A stretch of 59,548 nt of DNA, counting the filler, from Catajapyx aquilonaris (Eukaryota), in NCBI GenBank assembly GCA_000934665.2. It is 3 parts of 3 records of this genome, joined end to end, with 100 filler letters (N's around TTAATTAATTAA, not from the genome) between each part and the next. Parts side by side here need not be neighbours in the genome. Positions count along the whole stretch, not along the records: positions 39,906 to 59,548 come from JYFJ02006426.1; 2 more parts are not named here. One strand, written 5' to 3'. Positions within the stretch are counted from its first letter, which is position 1, and each line of letters starts with the position of its first letter. A program made the translations under genes and the position numbers. The notes below the pieces were generated by a model that worked only from the letters and a program-made list of their open reading frames with translations, searched no databases and was not told the DNA's origin. Of this stretch, positions 48,601-59,548 are shown in pieces.

Positions 48601-50557
48601 GTTGAACGTGCTTCTGTTGAAATTGACGCTTACGCTGGGTTGTGGCAATATGTACTCGATACGACAATAATTTTCACGCCAGTGTGAACGATTTGCGCGG
48701 GCATTAATTTTTGAGTGGAAAATTTTGTTGCCGAAAAAGTGCGAAGTTTTAAATGAGCTTAGTTGATGAAATATTTCGCGTGCGTCTGTCACAAAATGTG
48801 ACAACTGATGAGCAATGACATGCGGCACTATAGAATATTATATTGCCACATATTATGCTGTAGTGTAAACAACAAATGGGTGGTGGGGAAATATTAATCC
48901 ACATCCTACTACAGTAGTCATATATTCAAAACCTATTACAAGGTTTGCACACTATTAAAATGCATGTATAATTTTTGGGGGGAATAATATTGTCTCTGTT
49001 TGGCCCAATGCAGTTTTCAGTGAACGCTTTTAATTTTGATTATTCAATGAATTTTGAAATTAATTTTTGCATACATGTCAACATCTCGTTATGGGTGTTC
49101 AAAGCGGTTAATTTCAAAATAATTGCGCATTGCTGGGAATTCAATACATATTTTTCTTGCATATTACACTATGTTACATTTTCCACTTTTCTGTCGCTCT
49201 ACAGTCTACAAGTTTTTCGCATTGGCTTTTCAGCCCTTGTCGTAGGAGAGCACTCAGGAAATCGGACCTGTTGTTTCGAAAGCACGATTCTCGAATTTCA
49301 AATTACTCGTCCCACAATGGACAACAGGGTGTTTTAGAGGGACGGACAGATCGGGACAAAACCAGCAAGGCTTGTACAAAACACTCCCCCAAAAATTCAT
49401 GGGCTTCGAATATTTCAACTTCAAATATTTATACAGTATACGAGGATTCAGATGCGACCTTTTTGACTGAATAATTGCTTTTCCGGTATGAATTTGTTCG
49501 GACTCGACCTGAATGGAACGATCTGTCACAATGTCGCAGTAGATTGTCGTACTTGTCCTTTACTGCATTCCAAAAAAAATGACCACATTGATTAGGAGTT
49601 CGCTGTGTGGTCTCGGGAACAAAAATATTCAAACCAGTGGACGTGACGAACCGGTACCAGAAATAGCACAATGGACAACCGTGTTTTCTGTCACACACTC
49701 TCTAGGACCTAACCCACGGGTTTTAATTTCATGAGTAGGGCTCGGTTTTTGTATTGATCCACTCTGGTGGTAGGGTCAACTAATTATGACAACAAGTTTT
49801 CTCACCGCCCTGTCGATTCGAGCTAATCCTACTCCACCCTGTCGAGTAGGTACAGGGTGGTCAAGAGTGGACATTGGGCTTGACCATTGTTCCGGTTGTC
49901 CCCCCAAAAAAAGTGAGGATTACAAAAGCAGCGTTTGAATTGGATTTAAAACCGCTGCAGGTCGTGTCAAGTGTGGGTCAATTGTTAGGGGGGAAACGAA
50001 TTTATTTTTGGGAACATGATCAATTAAAAGGACAGAGGTAATTTTTGTCACTAGCATCAGGGTCCGTGTGTTTTCCAGGCAAGAACGACTCTTTGGAGAG
50101 ATACCCCGAGCTCTCTCTCTGCCTGGGTTTTTTTTTTGGATATTTATGCATCGTCCGTTATGATGGGTTTTGTGATTTGCGGCCGAGATACGGTATTCAT
50201 AGTCGCCTAGCGACATGCTACCACAGCAATGCCGATATAATGGCCCGCATATAGTCTGTCGATTATTACTTTGCATCCCCCCACCCCCTCCCTCACCCTA
50301 ACTATAGTTCCAACCCTGCATTTTTAATCTCGCAGTCTTTGATGAATGGCGGTCCTACAGCCCTCCAATTACATGCAGGACCAAGGTGGGCTTATATTTT
50401 GTACGAGCTTTTTTTTATCGTTGCATCATGCAGGCTATGTCATAAAGGTGTATGTTGCGTACACGCGTAATTTTAGGATCATCTATGATTTATTTGGGTC
50501 ATATTGTTAATTCCTAGAATGTCCGGTAGATGTCACTTGCTTCCGCGTGCTTATTGG

Positions 50558-51065
50558 AAAGGTTAGGTTAGGGTAGGGCAGGCTTGTTTATCAGGTTAGA
50601 TCAGGATAGGGTATGGTAGGGTATGGTAGGTTTGTTTAGATCAGGTTAGTGCAGGTTAGGGCAGGTTAGTGCAGGTTAGGGAGGTTAGTGCAGGTTAGGG
50701 GAGGTTAGTGCAGGTTAGGGCAGGTTAGTGCTGGTTAGGGCAGGTTAGGGCAGGTTAGATTAGGCTTGGTCAGGTCAGATAGGTTAGGTCAGGTAAGGAT
50801 AGGATAGTTTATGCTAGGCTAGGCTAGGCTAGGCTAGGCTAGGCTAGGCTCTGTCAGGTCAGGTCAGGTTAGGGTAGGGTAGGCTAAAGTAGGCTTGTTT
50901 AGATCAGGTTAGATCAGATTAGGGTAGGATGGGGTAGGATTGATCAAGGTATGTTAGGGCAGGTGAGGATAGGATAGGTTATGTTACGTCAGGGTAGGCT
51001 AGGCTAACTCAGGTAAGGTTAAGATAGGTAAGCAAGGTTAGGCTAAGGAAACTTAGGTAATAGGT
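50558..51065. repeat. Degenerate (GGTTA/GGCTA/GGTCA)n pentamer array
   Basis: Pentamer variants including a perfect (AGGCT)n run. Starts ~25 nt inside the nAChR intron. Confidence 0.85.
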
Positions 51066-51090
51066 TAACATTTTTATGAAAATGACTTAC

Positions 51091-51408
51091 CACGTCGAGG
51101 ATCTGCGAGAGTTTGAGTCCCAGCTTAACAGTGAGTCGATCCGAATTGTTACCGACTGGTCGGATAAGTCGGTTGTAGTTGCTGAGCAGGTCGTCGTACA
51201 GTCTCTTTGCGTCCGGGTTGGCCGTGCTGATGGCCAAGTGGGACAGGGCGGCCACTGCTGCCAGGAAGAACCAGTGCAGCGACCAAGGTTGAGGAAGGTT
51301 GTTGTTCTTATTATTTGTGCCGTTCTTGTGTTTTTTAGACCTTCGTGGAAATGAAGGTGGAGGTGGTTGAGGGACGGCATCTTGGCCGCTCGGGTCCAGA
51401 TGCTGCAT
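51091..51408 (-). CDS. nAChRalpha1: Nicotinic acetylcholine receptor alpha subunit (alpha1-like), first coding exon
   Basis: Hydrophobic signal [22 protein letters not shown] followed by [43 protein letters not shown], nearly identical to the recalled insect alpha1 N-terminus. Phase-0 donor GTG|GTAAGT at 51091/51090, acceptor ttcttcccttccacag at 51492, in-frame stop at 51445-51447. Subunit number (alpha1 versus 2/3/4/8) is less certain than the family. Confidence 0.88.
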
Positions 51409-52985
51409 CTTCCACCTCGTCCGATCTTTTGAGTCCAGAGACCGTCACCAGTCCCACATCGCATTCGGGACCTGTCCGCTCATTCTCTCGCCTGTGGAAG
51501 GGAAGAACCACACATGTTACCGAAAATCGTATTGGGCACAACTATTTGGCAAGAATAGCCGGAACCAATATATTATTATGTACAGTACCGCTCATAAATA
51601 ATGGTACGACTCTATGGACAAAATGTTTATTCTGTTCCCTACATTCAGGTGAAGGTACCGCGGACGATTGCAAGTGAGATGAATAATCCAATAGTCCTCA
51701 TTCGGTTTGCAAATCGGATGCATCGGGGCTTAGGTATTGAACCTTGCATTTTGCATAACACTGCACCGCCAATTATTTACACAAATGTTGCTGAAATTTT
51801 AATTAATTAAAGGTGCAATCCCACGACTTTTACCAAGTGCTAGGAAAATTAACTACTTTTGAAATAATTTTAGAAATTTTCAGCCGACTTTTCCTATTGC
51901 TAAAAGTTGTAAGCACCACCACAAGCTACTTGTTAAAAAACAATTATAGTAACACCGTACTATTGAAATTGTTCCCCAAAAAGTTGGACTTCCCAACTAC
52001 ACTACTATTTAAAAAACAAGAAAACTTTGAACCCTGGTCCGAGAGCATGGTCGGCCTCCGGACAAGGTGCAATTAAGTGTCACCTGCGACCAAAACTGGT
52101 AATTAGTTCGCGTCGTACGGAGCTGTGCCCGGTTTTGGGAATTGCGTCCGAACTGCCTAGAGGGGGGGGGGGNTGGAACCGCCAAATTTGGGCAATGTGG
52201 GTGGGGTGGAGGAAGTAAAGGGTGGGGAGGATTAGCCGACCTTTATTGCATGCAACAGTTTGCTTGGAATCTGCCTCGACAAGAGACTAAACAGGGAGAG
52301 AAAGGCTAGGACCTATTAACAAGCATGGGAAACTAGAAAAGGCGGTGTTGTCCTCCCCAGATGGTGGCGATAATGACGTCAAATGGCACTGGAGGCCTTT
52401 GCTAAATCAGGATGAATTAGTAATAGACGGACAAGGTTCTACAGTGCACTTACAATCAGCTTGATTGCAACGACCTTTCCGAGTAATGTGAGGCCCGACT
52501 CTTGGTTAAACCATTAGTTACATTCTAACTACAGTCTCTCAAATATTTAATTGGGCTCCAGGAGACCCATTTGGGAATGGCACTACCTTAAGCGACCTTT
52601 GTCATATTTTATTTTTAAAACAATATTTTAAAAAATAAGAAGCTAGAACAGCATAAGCAAAACGACATAAAAAATATAAATTATATTTTTGATTTGGACA
52701 TGTTTCAGTGCATTAACATGCCTTATTTAAAGACCTTTCATTTGATATATTTTGGAATGAAATCGGAGCCATATAGCCTAAGTTATGTGCACTGATTTAT
52801 GTAGCGGTAAATCCAAGATGGCCGATTACCCATGCGGAGACTTTTTATGTTGTTTGTGATCATTTTCCGAGTCTACAAAACCATACTTGGTTTACTTTAC
52901 AATAAGTTATATATTTGGCCTATATTTCCCCTAAAATGACTGACCTATATGTATAGTGATGGACATTAATCGTGACATTTTCTGT

Positions 52986-53162
52986 TGCGGCAGAAGTGCA
53001 AATCGAGTGTGAGCCATGCGAGTAAGAAGAGGTAGGCCTTGAGTGACGTCATCGGCTAGGGAGTAATGTAGAAAAGGCTTGTTCCCAACCAGTGACGTCA
53101 CCCTAGGGCTACCATTTCTTACTCGCGCGGCTCTTATCACTTCGATTTGCACATCTGCCGCA
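52986..53162. repeat. Inverted repeat (centre of a probable MITE)
   Basis: tgcggcagaagtgcaaatcgagtg...gcgagtaagaa...gtgacgtca versus tgacgtcac...ttcttactcgc...cacttcgatttgcacatctgccgca. Confidence 0.65.
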
Positions 53163-54038
53163 TCGAAAAATGTCTCTAGCAGTATGACGCTATTGATGTC
53201 CAACATTTACCAGCAAGTGACCTTTAACAAGCTGATTTTTAAACCTTCCTTTGTGCTTTTTAAATTAACAAGCAAGACACATTGCCAATAACATGCTATG
53301 AAGGAAAGGCAAATTCGACTCTGTACATTTCTGTACATTTTTATATCCAAGTCTCCTTCCTTGGTTTTTATGAGCAACAGTTAAAAAATAGCTATTAAAC
53401 TTTATGTCCTAGAGGTTATAGATTTGGCTCACAATATATCATCCCTATCTGAAGCCCTTACTACGTCGTTGACATTTAGAATGCAAGCGGGCCTCATGCT
53501 TCGGACCCCCCAAAACATTTTTTTGGCACCAAAGTTTTGTTAGCTTCCTGTTCACTGGCGACGAAAGGTTTTTTTTTTTTTTGAGCAACCCAAATTCGCA
53601 AAAAGAGCCAAATGTGCATTTGGAAGCTCTGAGTTACGTAAAAATATTCGACATATGCATAAAAGGTACCCTTCCACTTTAGAGAGCCTATATAGGGAGA
53701 GAGTGGCCAATTTCTGACATCTCTGATTGGCTGTAGTAATTATGGACTGTTTATGCGTCCTGTGGATGCCACCATATTGTGTTGCTACGGAAATAGTGGA
53801 CGGCTCTGACGTCACCGTCGTCTCCGATTGGCTGGAGTAGGCCTTCTGGCCAATCGGAGTCGATGTAACATTAGAAGTTGGCGACTCTCTTTCTAGAGTA
53901 TCTATGTACTTGGGTACTTTTCATCGGTATCTCGACAACTGGTCGCCGGCCGGTCATTTGGCTGCCGGTCATTTGGATGCTGCCTCTTAGCTGCTGATTA
54001 AATTGGCCCACCAAATGTCAAGGCAGCCAAATGACCAG

Positions 54039-54292
54039 AGTAGTGTGAATCTTCGGAGTTAAATGTCACTTCGGATACAGTAGACCAGAGTCCCACTCCA
54101 GATGATTTTAATGACTTTTACGTCAATTTAACGACTTTTACTTCCATATAACGTGAATATATCTTCTCAATCGTACAATAGTCGTTACACATCTTAACGT
54201 GAAATTGACGTAAAAGTCGTTAAAATCATCTGGCTTGGGACTCTGGTCTACTACATCCGAAGTGGCCTTTTACTCCGAAAATTAACACTACT
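54039..54292. mobile_element. MITE with ~95-bp TIRs nested in a GGTCATTTGGC-repeat element
   Basis: agtagtgt..ttcggagt..cacttcggat..agtagaccagagtccca..ccagatgattttaa mirrored at 54200-54292. The flanks carry inverted ccggtcatttggc/gccaaatgaccgg repeats (~53945-54325). Confidence 0.75.
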
Positions 54293-54419
54293 GACCGGCG
54301 GCCAAATGACCGGCAGCCAAAAGTCATAGATTCACTTTTCATCCTTGCATTATGCAACCCAAACTACACTGATATTTTTTGCTGCAGGTTTTAGCTGGTG
54401 CTGACTGGTGATGATTTTA

Positions 54420-54890
54420 GCTTATAAGGTCAGGCTTATAAGGTAAGGTAAGTCAGCTTATAAGGCAAGGCTGATAAGGTAAGGCTTATAAGGTAAGATT
54501 ATAGGGTAAGGCTTATAAGGTAAGATTATAGGGTAATGCTTATAAGGTGAGGTAAGTCACCTTATAAGGTAAGGTTATAAGGTAAGGTGAGTCACTTTAT
54601 AAGGTAAGGTTATAAGGTAAGGTAAGTCACTTTATAAGGTAAGGTTATAAGGTAAGGTAAGTCACCTTATAAGGTAAGGTTATAAGGTAAGGTTATAAGG
54701 TAAGGTAAGTCACCTTATAAGGTAAGGTTATAAGGTAAGGGAAGTCAGCTTATAATGTAATGTTATACGGTAAGGTTATAAGGTAAGGTAAGTCAGCTTA
54801 TAAGGTAAGGTTATACGGTAAGGTTATAAGGTAAGGTAAGTCAGCTAATAAGGTAAGGTTATAAGGTAAGGTTATAAGGTAGGCTTATTA
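54420..54890. repeat. Minisatellite built from TTATAAGGTAAGG and GTAAGTCA units
   Basis: Tandem 13-bp and ~23-bp related units. Confidence 0.9.
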
Positions 54891-55689
54891 GGTAATATCT
54901 TTAGATTTAGAATAATACAACTCAGCGAGCCTAGAACTGTAATATTGACGTATACGTAAGTCGGATGCTTTTTGTATTTACCATCACGGCTTCGATTGTG
55001 TTGATAGAGCATCACCTTATGGGACAAGTACAGGAAACCCCATATTTCAGCCAATCCCTGATCTATTCATGCCTCTAGCTTCCAGCAAGGTAAGAGTTTC
55101 TCGTCGGTTCTCTCAGCCTCCCCATCACTCTGATCCTAATGGCTCCTCCGCACGCAATAGAGGAAATGCTTTTGGACCAATGCCTTTCATTCTCGCTCTC
55201 CACCTGTCCTTTCAATTGATTTTCATTCTCCGCAGTTTCACGTCTTCTTTCCTAACCACCTGGTTGGGTTAGGTTCACGAAGAAGAAGACGAAGAAGGAG
55301 GGAAAAACGCAATACGGGATCGGAAACCGATTCGATTACATCCCAAGAGTCTTCAATAAATCATTGAGGGCAAGTTGCTTGGGAGCATTAGAAATATAAA
55401 GTGGAACATCGAATGTTGACATTTAAAAAAAAAGTGATTGAAAATCGGTACGTGTATGTAGTCGATATGACCCCAAAAAATCTGATGCAATTTTGTAAGT
55501 AATTAATTCGTTTGAATTATAAACAAGATTTGCTGTGATTTGAGTAGACTTTTTCTCGTTGCGAAGCTGTAAATGAGACTGACAACTTTGTTGGATACGA
55601 TACTATTCTAACTGGACAACAATGACATAGAATGTTGTCAGTTTCATTTCCTGTTGCCAAGCAGCCCTAGATCTACACCTGATCTACAC

Positions 55690-55846
55690 CGTATAAATTA
55701 CCGGTCACCGGAAGTTGGCCCTGAAACCTATTTAGAGTCCGCTGAATCCGAATCCGAAAACTGTTTGTCGCTATCTCTTGCAGTTTAGGCCACGGACGGA
55801 CAGACAAAGCCGTTCTATACGACCTTTTATGAGAAAGAGTCGAAAA
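55690..55846 (-). mobile_element. Helitron/HINE-like element, second copy
   Basis: Reverse-complement similarity to 29365-29450, including the (GTCY)n tract. Confidence 0.55.
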
Positions 55847-55964
55847 CTAATTGAAAATCAATTTACGCGTATGTGGCCAATATGACCCAAAAATATGAAA
55901 TTTCAAAGTAATTAATAATTCAAAATTGCTGGAATAAAAAATCGAAAAAATCGAAAAAATTGAA

Positions 55965-56098
55965 TATATCGAGGATGTAGCGAATATATCGAGGATATAA
56001 CGAATACATCGAGGGTATATCGAGGGTATATCGAGGGTATATCGAGGGTATATCGAGGGTATAACGAATATCTCGAGGTATATCGAGGTATATCGAGT
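55965..56098. repeat. 11-bp minisatellite (TATATCGAGGG)n
   Basis: Tandem imperfect copies. Confidence 0.85.
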
Positions 56099-59000
56099 AA
56101 TATTGAATCTTAGACATTTCAGAAATTCCAATCAATATTCAAATTTTCATTATTTCGACCCAACGTCTTATTTCCTATAAACCCTGCTTTTACACCCTGC
56201 ATCTTGCACATTAAATTGTCCTTTAGTGCAAACTCCCAATGGAGCATTAAAGTTAGCTCTGCACAGAATGAGATCCTTCCTTCATCAGATGTGAACCAAA
56301 ATGCCTTTGGTTGATTCCCAGACACCATCAGCAGAGTTATTGAATCCCCAGCTAAAATTACGTCGCAAAACAATGGCCTCCGCTTAATTTCGGCAGCTGA
56401 TGGCCTCGTCTTACAATTTGGACGGGGGGGCCTTTATGGGTAAATCATTGCGATTTCGGACGCGAGATCGTCTCTGGGACAGATTCCTTCCTTTCCTAAT
56501 AGATGCTGGTTGATGGAAGAAGTTAGGATATATTGATGACCAGCCAAGTAAAGAGAGAGCTTGAAACGTTCAAAGCTGCTTTTCACTACGCTTTTCTAGA
56601 GTGGATTACGACGAGTAAAGGAAGAATAAAAAAAAAGTAGAGAATGACAACCCTGCTTTGCCATGTTGCCAGACGTGAGATGATCTGGGACACACCTTGC
56701 TGATTCAAAGTTTACTTAGAGAACCTGGAGACGAATTAAGCAAATACTGAGCTCGAAACTTAGCTGGATACGATGAAATGAATGTTACTTTAGTGTGTAA
56801 ATAGTGTAATCTAACTTTTGATTGGAAAAATGGCGACCGAAAAAAAACATATTCAATTGCAGCCAATATCGTGTGATGAAAGGGCTATACATATCACATG
56901 ATGCAACTATTACGATGCATGAATGTTGCGATATGTTTGTTAATTCAGTTAATTATAATATATGAACGGTGTTATGAAATAATGGGTCAGCCCACATATG
57001 TGAAAAAGGGGTTTGAATGTCACACACGTGAAATTAATTCATTGTCATATTTTTGTCATTTATAGCAGAAGTATGCAGATTTCACATTGATTTTAACTGA
57101 ATTACGTAAGTACGATCCTTTGGGCTTTTAAGTCAATAGTGACGTTTTTTGTGGGTTGACACATTATTGAATAACACCGTCCATATGACCCCTGCAATAT
57201 TTTGTGCAGGTTTTGTTGCATTGACATTTTATTGTGTTTTTGGAAAATTCTGCAACAGCAAAACTATTACAATTATTCACCACCCCCTTAAATTTTTTTT
57301 AAAAACCCCTTAAAAGTGTCAGAATCGATATCGGGTCATGAAAAAACATAGCCCGCGGTTGACGCGTGTCCTGTACTCTAATAGAAAAAGTGTTACTCTG
57401 GATAAAATGCAAAAAAAAAAAAAGGCCAGAGTTTCAGACCTTGTTCAATTCGAGTTTCACAAGTGCAATTCAGTGTCATGGCAAGTAAAAAGGCTTTGCC
57501 ATCACGAGGACCTCACCTTTTTTTGGGGGCTTATTATTGATGGATGGTAGTATGGTAGGACCTGTGCGTGTATACATCGTGGAGAGAAGCCTGGGAATAC
57601 AATGTGTCTGTTTCACACCTTCTGATACTGTAGTGTTTTTTTAAAAAAGTGTAAGTTGCAAGAGCGGAAATTAAAACTATTTCAAGTTAGACCTGCCCGC
57701 CTTTTAAAATGAATCTACCACGCAATGTTTCCGCATTGCAGGCGTGCCATTTTTTTGGCGGAGAACAAATTGTCGAAAATGTACTATCGCCAAGTTCTAT
57801 CTGAAGAAATACAGGCCAGTAGTTTTGGCATGTCTCGCTGGGTTGCAATCTAGCCAAGTACTGCAATAATACTGGATAAGTATATATCGCATATTGTCAT
57901 TTATTGTGGTGATTTCTTTGATTTGTTTACTCTGGCGATGAATTTTTTTACGAGCGCAGCCGATTGCGCACGATAATTTGCGCAACTCGTACGGTGGGAA
58001 TTTTCAGTGGCATCTAGGAAGCTCTCTGTATAGTGGGTGTACTGCTAAAAATAATCGTTGCACATATTTCCAACACTACGCTTGGAGGGAAGCAACATGG
58101 CCAACGTTTGCGACGTTGCCAAGTCTATGAAAAGACCATCAGAGGCTACGCGTGCAAATTATTTTTATTGTATTCTTGCCTTTGCATTTTATTATTTTGC
58201 TTTTATTTTATAATTTTGTTTTAATTTCATTATTTTGGTTTCGTTTTATTATTTGGTTTTCATTTATTATTATATTTGATATTATATGGCCCCTGGGAAG
58301 TACTGTCCTTATGGCATCGTTGTTTTGTCAGCATAATGGAGCTGCGCGAGTGTGGGTGCGCACTCAGCTAGTAAATTTTTACCTGTATACATTTTTGCCC
58401 AAATACATTTCGTCCGAAATAGTGAAATAAGTTTGAATTTGTCTTTGCTTACTATAGAGACTAACTCTAAAGTTATTCTTAACTAATGTTCATGCAAATT
58501 TGTGCACAAATTTTTGCACAAATATTTTTCGTCCACAGAACTCTAGCCTGGGAGCGTTTTGTAATCATTTGGCCCAGTTTCAAACTTTTAGGGCTACTCG
58601 ATACTATCCAATATAGTTTCCTAAAAAAAAAATTAAGTTACCTCCCAACAGATGTCAGTTTTCGCAAAAGTTACACGTCAACGGCCTATGACATGCAATT
58701 TTTCCACCATCTCCTTTCTCGTCGATTGTGTTACTAGCTTGTATCGCATGGAGGAAGGCAAGCGGCATAGTCGTGTCAAACCCCGCATCGATTACGCGGA
58801 TTAATGGCCGATCGATTGCCTTTTCAGTTTGGTAGGGGGTGCACATGGCGCCGTTTTCTGCAAGAAAAAGAACTTGAGGAAACTCTAGGGGGGAAGCTGT
58901 TAAAACGCCACCTTACGAAGCATCGGACCGTGGTAAGTTGCTATAGGAAAGAGATGGAACCATGTGATTTGAATTGTTAACTTATCAATATTAAAAGGAT

Positions 59001-59169
59001 TCCGTCATGTCGTGCTGGAAAGCAGCGCCATCTACAGATTTCCTTCCCAACTACATGAAAATTGTCACAAGTATGTCCGGGATGACGTCATGTTAGAGCT
59101 GCAGCACGGTATAGTGGCCCAGGGTTTGGGTGGGGTTGTGTCAGATAGGGTTTGCTTCAGGTTGGTCAG

Positions 59170-59350
59170 CCCCCGGCCACACGGTTGGTGGAGAGTGACC
59201 CCCGGCCACACGGTTGGTGGAGAGTGACCCCCGGCCACACGGTTGGCGGAGAGTCACTCCCGGCCACACGGTTGGCGGAGAGTCACCCCCGGCCACACGG
59301 GTGGTGGAGAGTCACCCCCGGCCACTCTCCACCAACCGTGTGGCCGGGGG
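59170..59350. repeat. 29-bp GC-rich minisatellite ending in an inverted copy
   Basis: Five copies of cccccggccacacggttggtggagagtga, then an inverted unit cactctccaccaaccgtgtggccggggg. Confidence 0.9.
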
Positions 59351-59548
59351 CCACTTTTGATTTGCCTTGCGTCAGGTCAGATTTTTCATCGGGTCCTCAG
59401 GCCCATAGTGTGGAGACCCCCGTTTGTACAAAATGCAACGGGCATTGATTACTAGTGAAACAAAATCGATACTAGTCGATATAAAACCAACTATTTGTCA
59501 CTAAATAATTACACACCTAGTTTTCCACAATGCCTCACCTTTCTGGAG

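Noticed and set aside
50558..51065. Arthropod (TTAGG)n telomere
   Set aside because: Highly degenerate, interstitial and inside an intron.
39906..51090. Next nAChR exon (expected NLKNQIMTTN.W..Q)
   Set aside because: Not found by eye on the minus strand before the linker. It probably lies beyond the contig end.

Overview
Eukaryotic, arthropod-like genomic DNA made of three ~20-kb segments (1-19781, 19882-39805, 39906-59548) joined by identical artificial 100-nt linkers (44 N + TTAATTAATTAA + 44 N), so the segments may not be neighbours in the genome. Segment 1 carries an intact six-exon minus-strand GRWD1/Rrb1-family WD40 gene (428 aa when spliced). It looks divergent and lacks the usual acidic tract, and its two large introns are filled with nested SINEs, MITEs, mariner and hAT relics. 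Just downstream lies a decayed Minos-like Tc1 transposon with a spliceosomal intron and long TIRs. Segment 2 has no recognisable coding exon, only MITEs, Helitron/HINE-like pieces and hairpins. Segment 3 holds the first coding exon of a nicotinic acetylcholine receptor alpha subunit (alpha1-like, minus strand) followed by more than 11 kb of repeat-rich intron. No prokaryotic system, CRISPR array, rRNA or intact tRNA gene was seen. Family assignments rest on recalled motifs, not database searches.
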